A DNA stretch of 64,000 bases from Candidatus Hodarchaeota archaeon (GTDB lineage Archaea; Asgardarchaeota; Heimdallarchaeia; Hodarchaeales; Hodarchaeaceae), in the NCBI GenBank assembly GCA_016839815.1, contig JAEOTM010000060.1:27738-91737 (forward strand). The letters are read 5' to 3'. The translations under genes and the position numbers were made by a program. Shown here piece after piece: positions 56,340 through 64,000 of the stretch (position 1 is the first letter of the stretch; every line of letters starts with the position of its first letter). A model generated the notes under the pieces. The model was not told the origin of the DNA. It did no database searches and was given only the letters and a program-made list of their open reading frames with translations.

Positions 56340-58946
56340 ATGGAAAAAACTGGAGTTATCATCTTTTTAATCATCTTATTCACATTTAGCTTTACTACGA
56401 TGGATTCAAAAAAGGTAAATGATGATTATGTGGAAAAAACTGGAGTTACATCCATTAATGTAGAGATGAATATTGAAGCAAACTATATCTTCCTTCAATC
56501 TCCCCTAAATAATTCCATTCTACCTTCTGACACTCCCATTGTTTTTGACATTGATGATTTATCTTTCCTCGAGGTTGAATTTAATTGGGATCTCGATCCT
56601 AACATTACTTGGCTTCCCCCATATTTTACTCTATTACCCCTTGGTGATGGAAGTCATACATTACACGTTTATGTTTTAAATAACTCCTATGTCTTGGAAT
56701 ACCAGAAATTTCATTTTATTACTGATGATACTGTACCTATCATCCAATTGGTGTCAGTGACAAATAATAGTTTTTATCCACCAGAAACGCCGATAGATCT
56801 GGTAATCACTGATACTAATCTTGATAGAGTTATGTACCATTGGGAAGATGGACCTAATCAAAGTCTATCATATCCCTATTCAGTCCCCCTCCCCTATGAA
56901 GAGGGAAGTCACCTATTATCAATTTACGCAAGTGATGCTGCTGGTAACTGGGGATCAGAATTATTTAAATTTACAGTTCGTTTATCTCAAGATACCGATA
57001 ATGATGGAATATCAGATTATATTGAATTTTTATTAGGTACAGATCCAGTGGTACCCACAACTCACCTTACTAACGCTCCTTTAGTGATAGATGATTTAAA
57101 AAATGATGTTCCCAATGATTTTCATGAAGCGATTATCTCGCATAACCATATTTCTTCAAGTAATTGGATTATTGGATCTGTAAGCGAGAAAGGACTAGAG
57201 GATCAAAGTGATTTTTACATATTTACCTCAGAGATTCGAACGAAAGGAACAGTCTTTGTTCAATGCAGTCAACCACGGATTCAACTAAAGATTTTTGATT
57301 TGGAGGGTCAAATTAACATAACCATAGATGTCATTCCCGATAGTAGTATTGGCCGGGCTGCGGAGAGATCGACATCCTCGGATTATATCCGTAATGCATT
57401 ACCCTATCTTGTAGAGATCCCCTTTCCTCTTGCAGTTGAACTATTGATTGTACAAATAAATGGAGGTATTGCAGGAAATTCAATCTATTCAATTTGGATT
57501 GAAGAAATCCCTCTTCAACCGCATCTGGAGTTTTTGAACATTTTCTTGAATATTTCAATATTCCTTGGATTTCCTTTTCTGTTCTTTTTGACTTTGAGAT
57601 GGGAAAATCGACGATTATTAAAGAAGCAACAAAAACTAGAGGAAGAATTAGAAAGTGATTCAGTTTTTCCTACCGTAACCACGAGAAAGAAGAATCCCCC
57701 AATCATAGTTAATGTTCGTTTTTCTGAATGGGTATTTTCCAGTATTATTCTATTAATTCTAGTTGTTCTATTTACCGAGTTAAGCAGAGAAAAATTCCAG
57801 AACCAAGTTTCAGTCCTTACAGCAAAAGGATTTGTCGACCTAGGTTATCGGATATTCTTCTTTGCAGTTGCACTAATCTTTCTAGGTACAATTTTCTCCC
57901 TAGGTAATTGGGTAAGAAATCGATTACGACGTCAAGAGGACATCAAAAATCGCTTCTCTTTAACACGTCGATTTGTGAGCAGATTTACCAAAATTACCAT
58001 AATCTTTGTCGTGTATTTTCTTCTTTGGATCTTATTTTTACATACCATTACTTTACTAGAACCTTCTGTTTATGTAATTTCATCCTTGAATGACATTCTA
58101 GAAATCCTCAAGGTATTTTTTGTAGAAGATCTGTCTGTACCTCCCTCACCAGTACAGATGGACTTATTGTTAAAGATAGGAGTCCTAGAACTGATATTCA
58201 TAGTATTTACGTTGCCCCTTGCATTCTATATGTTTATATTAAATTTTGCAGGAGGTATGTCGGTTAAAAAAGTCTTTCGACCAGTAGATCAGGAAAAGAG
58301 TCGCTGGAATTATAAAACCATCATTTTGGGGATAAGCTTACTGATCGAAATTTACCGTATCTTCTCAAACCTTTTAAACTTCATCATCTCCATTTTTTTC
58401 TCCGAGAATTCCACTTTCTTCTTTATACAGATTTCTGAGATACCTTGGTGGCATCAATTGGTTACATGGATCAGTCAAGAAACCTCAATTAGCACACCTG
58501 CCCTGTATGGCCTGTATTTTGAACTGCAAGGAATTTTCTTCGCTTGGGTGATATATACAAGTCTCCCTTCAATATTCCGTCGATTTATGTCGGGTTCTGG
58601 ATATTCAAAGTCAATCACTCGCATAGGATTCTTCCTTCTGGGCATGTTTGTGATTTTCCTTAGAACTCTTCATTTATTATTACTTATACCGATAGGAGTT
58701 CCTAGTTTTCCGTTCAGTGTAGTTCTTACAGATCCATTTTCAATTCTTCTTCTTATAGCAATGATTTCTGAATCTTTAGAAATTTTAGGCTTTTCTTTAG
58801 GTTTATTACTTGTACTTATATTCAGGAAAACTCAACTTCAATCACAGGAAAGAGAATCACCTTCACCAATAGTGGGACCAACTGGAGAACCAGTACCACA
58901 TTCTGCTGTTGAATCATCTTTAATTTACCACTTTGAGGAGGAATGA
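56340..58946 (+). CDS. Surface-exposed polytopic membrane protein (Ig-like repeats, TSP3-like Ca motif, about 9 TMs)
   Basis: Signal peptide; two repeats (I.L.S..NNS..P..TPI...I.D...V...W...G.H.L..Y); DTDNDGISD.IE...GTDP; hydrophobic C-terminal half. Confidence 0.82.
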   Translation: MEKTGVIIFLIILFTFSFTTMDSKKVNDDYVEKTGVTSINVEMNIEANYIFLQSPLNNSILPSDTPIVFDIDDLSFLEVEFNWDLDPNITWLPPYFTLLPLGDGSHTLHVYVLNNSYVLEYQKFHFITDDTVPIIQLVSVTNNSFYPPETPIDLVITDTNLDRVMYHWEDGPNQSLSYPYSVPLPYEEGSHLLSIYASDAAGNWGSELFKFTVRLSQDTDNDGISDYIEFLLGTDPVVPTTHLTNAPLVIDDLKNDVPNDFHEAIISHNHISSSNWIIGSVSEKGLEDQSDFYIFTSEIRTKGTVFVQCSQPRIQLKIFDLEGQINITIDVIPDSSIGRAAERSTSSDYIRNALPYLVEIPFPLAVELLIVQINGGIAGNSIYSIWIEEIPLQPHLEFLNIFLNISIFLGFPFLFFLTLRWENRRLLKKQQKLEEELESDSVFPTVTTRKKNPPIIVNVRFSEWVFSSIILLILVVLFTELSREKFQNQVSVLTAKGFVDLGYRIFFFAVALIFLGTIFSLGNWVRNRLRRQEDIKNRFSLTRRFVSRFTKITIIFVVYFLLWILFLHTITLLEPSVYVISSLNDILEILKVFFVEDLSVPPSPVQMDLLLKIGVLELIFIVFTLPLAFYMFILNFAGGMSVKKVFRPVDQEKSRWNYKTIILGISLLIEIYRIFSNLLNFIISIFFSENSTFFFIQISEIPWWHQLVTWISQETSISTPALYGLYFELQGIFFAWVIYTSLPSIFRRFMSGSGYSKSITRIGFFLLGMFVIFLRTLHLLLLIPIGVPSFPFSVVLTDPFSILLLIAMISESLEILGFSLGLLLVLIFRKTQLQSQERESPSPIVGPTGEPVPHSAVESSLIYHFEEE
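56341..56448 (+). repeat. 18-bp perfect direct repeat flanking the signal-peptide coding sequence
   Basis: TGGAAAAAACTGGAGTTA at 56341-56358 and 56431-56448, with a 90-bp period. Confidence 0.9.
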
Positions 58947-58952
58947 TCTACA

Positions 58953-59750
58953 ATGCCGTTAACAATTAATCAGATCTATAATATGGACTGTATTCAAGGT
59001 TTAGATCAAGTTGAAAAGAATTCAGTAGACCTTCTACTCACAGATCCTCCCTTCGGAATAAATTTTCATAAAGTTGGCACTCAATATAACAGAAAGCAGA
59101 AAGAACTTGGTTTAATGTATCATGAGATTTCTACCGATGATTACTATGAATTTACGCTAAATTGGATTACTAAATGCCATGAAGCGATGAAATCAGATGC
59201 TAGTGGATTTATATTTAGTGGATGGAATCATCTGGGAGATATTTTAAATGCTCTAACCGAGCTAGAATTTCGAATTATTAATCATATTATATGGAAATAT
59301 CAATTCGGAGTTTTCACAAAAAAGCGGTTTGTAACCAGTCATTACCATATTTTATATTTCACAAAGTTAGGAGTGAAAGATGACAAGTTACGGACTTTTA
59401 ATAGAGTTCCTGAATATAGTAGCTCCCCAGGAAAACTGTATTTCGAAGATGTTTGGCGAATCAAACGTGATTATCAGAAAGGTGGAGATAAGACCCCTAC
59501 GCGTCTTCCATTAGCAATCACTGATAAATGCATACGTATGGCAAGCAATGAGGGGGATACTATACTTGAACCATTTCTAGGGAGTGGAAGCGTGGTGTTA
59601 TCAGCAATAAAATTCAATAGAAACTATATTGGGTTTGAAATCTCTGATAGAATTTATCAAATTGCAGAAAAGCGTATAAAAACATTGAAAACCAAGCTCA
59701 ACTCCAAGGATAGTAGTTTAGATTTCTGGTTAGGGGAAACTGGGAAATGA
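58953..59750 (+). CDS. Orphan beta-class N4C/N6A DNA methyltransferase
   Basis: Motif IV TDPPF is N-terminal and motif I EPFLGSGS is C-terminal; no adjacent restriction endonuclease. Confidence 0.92.
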   Translation: MPLTINQIYNMDCIQGLDQVEKNSVDLLLTDPPFGINFHKVGTQYNRKQKELGLMYHEISTDDYYEFTLNWITKCHEAMKSDASGFIFSGWNHLGDILNALTELEFRIINHIIWKYQFGVFTKKRFVTSHYHILYFTKLGVKDDKLRTFNRVPEYSSSPGKLYFEDVWRIKRDYQKGGDKTPTRLPLAITDKCIRMASNEGDTILEPFLGSGSVVLSAIKFNRNYIGFEISDRIYQIAEKRIKTLKTKLNSKDSSLDFWLGETGK

Positions 59751-59823
59751 TTCATTAATTGATACTAAATCTAACTCATAATACTAAAAAAGTCTTATTT
59801 GATTTATCTCTCGGTGGTAATGG

Positions 59824-60834
59824 ATGGTTCTCTTAATTACTGGTGGTACAGGTTTAGTGGGAGGATTTTTGCTAGAAAAAATAGGAAAATCCCCTTCATT
59901 ATACGAGAAAGGGTGCCGTGTCATTGTACGTAATCCTGAAAGTAAGAAGAAGGTAGAAGAACTAGGATTAATTCCTATAAAAGCCGATTTAAATGATATC
60001 AATAGTTTAAAAGAAGCAATTTCAGATGTAACTACTGTTATCCACCTAGCAGCACGAGCGGATGATTGGGCATCTTGGAAAGAGCTCTACAAAGCTAACG
60101 TGGAAGGATTACAAAACCTGGTTTCTGTCTGTCGGGATGCAAATACTGACCCTTTTATATCCCACACAAGTTCTACAGGAGTCTATGGTCATTATATTCC
60201 AAGTTCACCCATAAAAGAAGATTTCCAGTTTAATCCCACCAGTATCTATCAGAAGAGTAAATATTACCAGGAAAAATATTTGTGGAAACTCAAAGATGAA
60301 GAGGGGTGGGATAATTTTAGTCTAGTAAGATCACCAAGTATAATAGGTCCAAGAGATACAAAAACCATCGGTGCAATTTTTAAGGCGGTATATGAACATA
60401 AATTTCCGATATTAAGAGGAGGAAAAATGTTTGCTACCTTTATTCATCCTGTCGATCTTATCACGGCTTTATTACTTTTAGACTCTTCTAAACCGCGTTC
60501 AAAAGGCCAAGCGTACAATATTAAGTCATTTGAGTGTAGAATGATCGACTTCTTAGAGTATATTGTAAAATTAGTGAAACCCATTAAACCTCCCTCCTCA
60601 ATGAATTATAGATTAGTGTATACCGTAGCAGTAGTCTCAGAAATTTATTCAAAATTATCAGGACGGAAAACCACTTTAAATCGGTATAGAGTAACAAAAT
60701 TTGCGAAATCTAGGCGTTATAATGACACAAAGATTAAAACTGAACTTAACTACAACCCAGAAAAAGATATGGAGACCACTTTAGATGAATCTTACGAATG
60801 GTTAACAAAAAATGGTCTTTTCCCACCCAATTAA
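59824..60834 (+). CDS. NAD-dependent epimerase/dehydratase (extended SDR, 3-beta-HSD-like)
   Basis: TGGTGLVG, HLAA, SS.GVYG and YQKSK motifs. Confidence 0.9.
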   Translation: MVLLITGGTGLVGGFLLEKIGKSPSLYEKGCRVIVRNPESKKKVEELGLIPIKADLNDINSLKEAISDVTTVIHLAARADDWASWKELYKANVEGLQNLVSVCRDANTDPFISHTSSTGVYGHYIPSSPIKEDFQFNPTSIYQKSKYYQEKYLWKLKDEEGWDNFSLVRSPSIIGPRDTKTIGAIFKAVYEHKFPILRGGKMFATFIHPVDLITALLLLDSSKPRSKGQAYNIKSFECRMIDFLEYIVKLVKPIKPPSSMNYRLVYTVAVVSEIYSKLSGRKTTLNRYRVTKFAKSRRYNDTKIKTELNYNPEKDMETTLDESYEWLTKNGLFPPN

Positions 60835-60993
60835 TCCTCCTCAATTATTCTCAAAATCAGTTTTTTGGAAGTTTTCTTGATTTTTTTTTCAAAAGGTGAG
60901 GTAAAAATTCGGATATAAATAAAAAAGATCATTTCTTTAAACAAATCGAAATCTTATCATTACTGACGAAGCTAAAGCCGAAGGTACCTACTT

Positions 60994-61959
60994 ATGAGCG
61001 ATGTGAATTCCGATCCCCTGATTACGGCAAAGGTACTTTTAGTTGAGGATTCCAAAGATCACCAATTTTTGTTTGTAAAACAGCTCAATAATCTCGGAAT
61101 ACATAATATCACAATAAGTGAAACCGGAGAGAGGGCTGTTGAGAAGATTAAAGGAGATCCTGATTTTGATTTAATTTTGGTTGATTATAATCTACCTACT
61201 GGTCTTTCTGGTATTGATGTAATACGTGAGATAAGAAATTTGAATCCAGAAATTCCAATTGTAATGGTAACTGGTTTAGGTTCGGAGCAAATAGCCGTTC
61301 AGGCAATGAAATTAGGTATTCAAGACTATATTACGAAAGAAGATCTTCTCCAAACTGATCTTAGAGATATTATTGTTCCTCTTTTGCTAGAACATAATCT
61401 TCTACAGGAAACCGTTCTTGCTAAGCGATTGAAGACCGATCCGACTCAATTATCTATTTCAGTATTTAAATTTGGTCAAGTAGGTCCTGAACCTTACCTT
61501 ACTTCTCCTCTCCCATTTGAAAATGCTTTTGAGTCAGAACAGAATCGGGAGAGTTTTTTAGTTAAGCTTGGAACCCATTATATGTCAGCTACTGGAACTG
61601 GGCACAATTATGCTCAAGGTTTGTATGAATTACCAGTCCCAAGCACCCGATTCGATGCTGCAATTGGGGATAAAGATGGAAAGAGTCAGACACAGAATCC
61701 CTTTAGTAAGTATCATAGCTTAGTCTACGGATTCAGAATGACTGAGAAAGATCATTTTGATGAACGCATCAAACTCAATAACTCTATGAACTATGGTCTT
61801 GTGGTTGTGATATTTCCTATTCTCTATCGATCAATATTACCAAATAGAGCAGTAATTGAGAAACGGTTGAGTGAATTATTAAGCTCCTATCAAGATATGG
61901 AAGAATTAGACTTAGAGTTCCTAAAGCGAGCTCAAAATATCTTTCTTCTTTCATCGTAA
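60994..61959 (+). CDS. Response regulator: REC domain fused to a longin/uDENN-like C-terminal domain
   Basis: LLVED, LVDYNLP, VMVTG and YITK receiver motifs; C-terminal domain begins SVFKFGQVGPEP. Confidence 0.85.
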   Translation: MSDVNSDPLITAKVLLVEDSKDHQFLFVKQLNNLGIHNITISETGERAVEKIKGDPDFDLILVDYNLPTGLSGIDVIREIRNLNPEIPIVMVTGLGSEQIAVQAMKLGIQDYITKEDLLQTDLRDIIVPLLLEHNLLQETVLAKRLKTDPTQLSISVFKFGQVGPEPYLTSPLPFENAFESEQNRESFLVKLGTHYMSATGTGHNYAQGLYELPVPSTRFDAAIGDKDGKSQTQNPFSKYHSLVYGFRMTEKDHFDERIKLNNSMNYGLVVVIFPILYRSILPNRAVIEKRLSELLSSYQDMEELDLEFLKRAQNIFLLSS

Positions 61960-62163
61960 AAGAAAATACTATCTATGAACTGTTTTCCCTTGTTAATTTG
62001 GATTTAATGTATCAGTACCTTTTTCTCTTCTTCCTCCATTAAACTGAGATATGTCAGGATTTAAATAATTTCATTCTTGGAGCGGTCCTCTTGACTGTAA
62101 CCATTGATTTAAATTCTGGAAAAAATTAAATAGGAAGTTCTTCCATGTTGTTTACACCGAGTT

Positions 62164-62919
62164 TTGATGAATATGAGCATATATGCAATAGAAACAAGGA
62201 ATTTGGTAAAATATTATAACAAAGGTAAGGTTAAAGCTGTCAATGGCCTTGATCTAAGGATAAAAAAAGGAGAAATATACGCTTTCATTGGAGCTAATGG
62301 CAGTGGAAAGACAACTACCATTGATATGCTATCAGGAGTGTTAATGCCAACTGCTGGAGAGATGAAAATTTGGGGAATGAGTCAACCAAAAAATCGTAAG
62401 CAGATTGCGAGCTATATTGGGATCGCTCCACAAGATTATGCTTTATATTTTGATCTAACAGTTTGGGAAAATATCACTTTTTTTGGGAAGTTATTCAGTC
62501 TAAGCAGAGAAGAAATCGAAAAGACTGGAAAAAATTTGCTTAAAATTCTCAACTTGAAAGAGAAGAAGAATGTGATTGCAGAACAATTATCGGGTGGAAT
62601 GAAGAGAAGATTAAGCATTGCTGTTGCACTAATTCACCAACCATCAATATTGCTTTTTGACGAAGCGACAGTGGGTGTCGATCCAGTACTCAGAGCATAT
62701 TTCTGGGACTATTTCAGGAAATTGCGAGATTCAGGTAAAACAATTCTCATAACCTCTCACGTTATGGATGAAGCTGAGAAAGCTGATAGGATTGGGTTGA
62801 TGAGGGAAGGATTGCTAATTGAAGAGGGAACACCTGCTGAACTGAAGCAAAAACATTCCGTAAATACCATCGAAGAGGTCTTTATTCATTTAAGTGGAGA
62901 TGAGAAAGTTGATGGATAA
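62164..62919 (+). CDS. ABC transporter ATP-binding protein
   Basis: GANGSGKT, LSGGM, DE.T.G.D and SH motifs. Confidence 0.95.
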   Translation: MMNMSIYAIETRNLVKYYNKGKVKAVNGLDLRIKKGEIYAFIGANGSGKTTTIDMLSGVLMPTAGEMKIWGMSQPKNRKQIASYIGIAPQDYALYFDLTVWENITFFGKLFSLSREEIEKTGKNLLKILNLKEKKNVIAEQLSGGMKRRLSIAVALIHQPSILLFDEATVGVDPVLRAYFWDYFRKLRDSGKTILITSHVMDEAEKADRIGLMREGLLIEEGTPAELKQKHSVNTIEEVFIHLSGDEKVDG

Positions 62920-64000
62920 GAGAACTCATAAAAAATTCTCTCTTGCTAGAAGTTTAGCCGTAACCGCAAGAATTCTCAAGCAATTTAGGAGAGATCGCAT
63001 AACTTTTGGTATGCTAGTTGCAATGCCAATTTTATTCATGTTCGTTTTTGGAACTACTCTCTCTGGTGACATCAAAAATGTACCCATATATCTTGAAAAT
63101 CTTGATGACGGTTTCATTAATCCTTTATCGCTTGAAGAGATAAATCTGGGAGAAGCAATATATGACGAATTACTACTTGATGATAGGGTTAGTATGAAAG
63201 TTGGTTCTTATCAAGATGGTAAAGATATGATAGATTCTGGTGAATTGGTGGCAGCAATTCATTTTGACAGTAATTTTACAACAGAGATGATATTGAATGG
63301 GAATGCAACAATAAAAATCTATATTGATGGAACAAAACCTCAAATTAAAGGGATAGTGTATGCTGCACTTTCAGATGCAATGCAGGTAGTTTTGGAGGGT
63401 AAGGGAATAATATTGGATGAAGAATTAGCCTTTGGAGGTGTCGAATTTTCTGGACTTGATGTAACTATTCCTGGGGTGATGGGTTATATTTTAACATTTC
63501 TGATATTACTGCTTTCAGTCTTGACCGTAATCAGGGAAGATATTGGTAAAACAAAATTGAGATTATTTACCACACCCCTCACGCCAGTAGAACGGATTTT
63601 GGGTTACGTTTCCGCACTGTCTTTGTTGGCAATGTTGGAAACTATCTTAGTTTTAGCAATTGCTATTTTTGGCTATGGAACTGTTATTCAGGGGAGTTTA
63701 TCACTTCTATTTTTTGCTGGATTCTTATATGGACTAGCAAATATTTTTCTAGCAATTTTTCTTAGTAACTTTGCTAAAAACGAATTTCAATCTGTACAGA
63801 TTGCAGTCTTGGTAGCTATTCCCTCTCTCGCGTTTTCTGGAATGATGATTCCGATGTCATCTTTACCACCAATCATTGCTAGTATGTCGAAATTCATACC
63901 CTTAACTTTTGCCATCACAATATTCGAGGGTATTATGCTCCGTGGTTGGGGATTTGAGGAATTAGCGTTTGAGTTTATACTGATAGCTGTCCTTACAATA
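62912..64000 (+). CDS. ABC-2 type permease (3'-partial; absent from the ORF track)
   Basis: ATG at 62912 overlaps the end of the ATPase gene: MDKRTHKKFSLARSLAVTARILKQFRRDRITFGMLVAMPILFMFVFG...; appears open to the window end. Confidence 0.9.
   Translation, partial: MDKRTHKKFSLARSLAVTARILKQFRRDRITFGMLVAMPILFMFVFGTTLSGDIKNVPIYLENLDDGFINPLSLEEINLGEAIYDELLLDDRVSMKVGSYQDGKDMIDSGELVAAIHFDSNFTTEMILNGNATIKIYIDGTKPQIKGIVYAALSDAMQVVLEGKGIILDEELAFGGVEFSGLDVTIPGVMGYILTFLILLLSVLTVIREDIGKTKLRLFTTPLTPVERILGYVSALSLLAMLETILVLAIAIFGYGTVIQGSLSLLFFAGFLYGLANIFLAIFLSNFAKNEFQSVQIAVLVAIPSLAFSGMMIPMSSLPPIIASMSKFIPLTFAITIFEGIMLRGWGFEELAFEFILIAVLTI

Noticed and set aside
58953-59750. Restriction-modification or defence island
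   Set aside because: The flanking genes are a membrane protein and an SDR; there are no nuclease or other defence genes nearby.
588-63117. Dozens of short (60-180 aa) ORFs overlapping longer genes on either strand (e.g. 1494-1850, 6183-6716, 53779-54327, 62926-63117)
   Set aside because: They are shadow or alternate frames of well-supported genes and carry no recognisable motifs.
1-64000. tRNA, rRNA, CRISPR arrays, transposases/integrases, inteins
   Set aside because: No cloverleaf, regularly spaced repeats or mobile-element motifs were seen by eye; RtcB and RFC have intein-free lengths. An Infernal or tRNAscan run would be needed to exclude small RNAs.

Overview
AT-rich, gene-dense archaeal chromosomal segment with about 57 CDSs. 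I found no rRNA, tRNA, CRISPR array, intein or mobile element. The gene set includes Alba, CarS, isopentenyl phosphate kinase, PCNA/RFC, archaeal-type AspRS, RtcB/archease and Taw1, plus many bacterial-type metabolic genes, two-component proteins, TPR and WD40 proteins and a PGF-type C-terminal anchor. This points to an Asgard archaeon, most plausibly Heimdallarchaeia/Hodarchaeales-like (inference). The best candidates for undescribed biology are: (1) a double beta-propeller WD40 gene clustered with two unknown polytopic membrane proteins; (2) a response-regulator receiver fused to a longin/uDENN-like domain; (3) two distantly related surface glycoproteins flanking a membrane-tethered winged-helix regulator, with palindromic sites nearby; (4) a PCNA-RFC operon with oppositely charged tails, and Gln-less PIP-like motifs on RFC-L, a bacterial NAD-dependent ligase and an orphan DNA methyltransferase; (5) an orphan CheW-like gene, apparently lacking an ATG start, next to a MEDS-like class I histidine kinase; (6) a tandem pair of paralogous small-domain proteins, one with a long motif-bearing disordered tail. 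All family calls come from motif recognition by eye; no searches were run.
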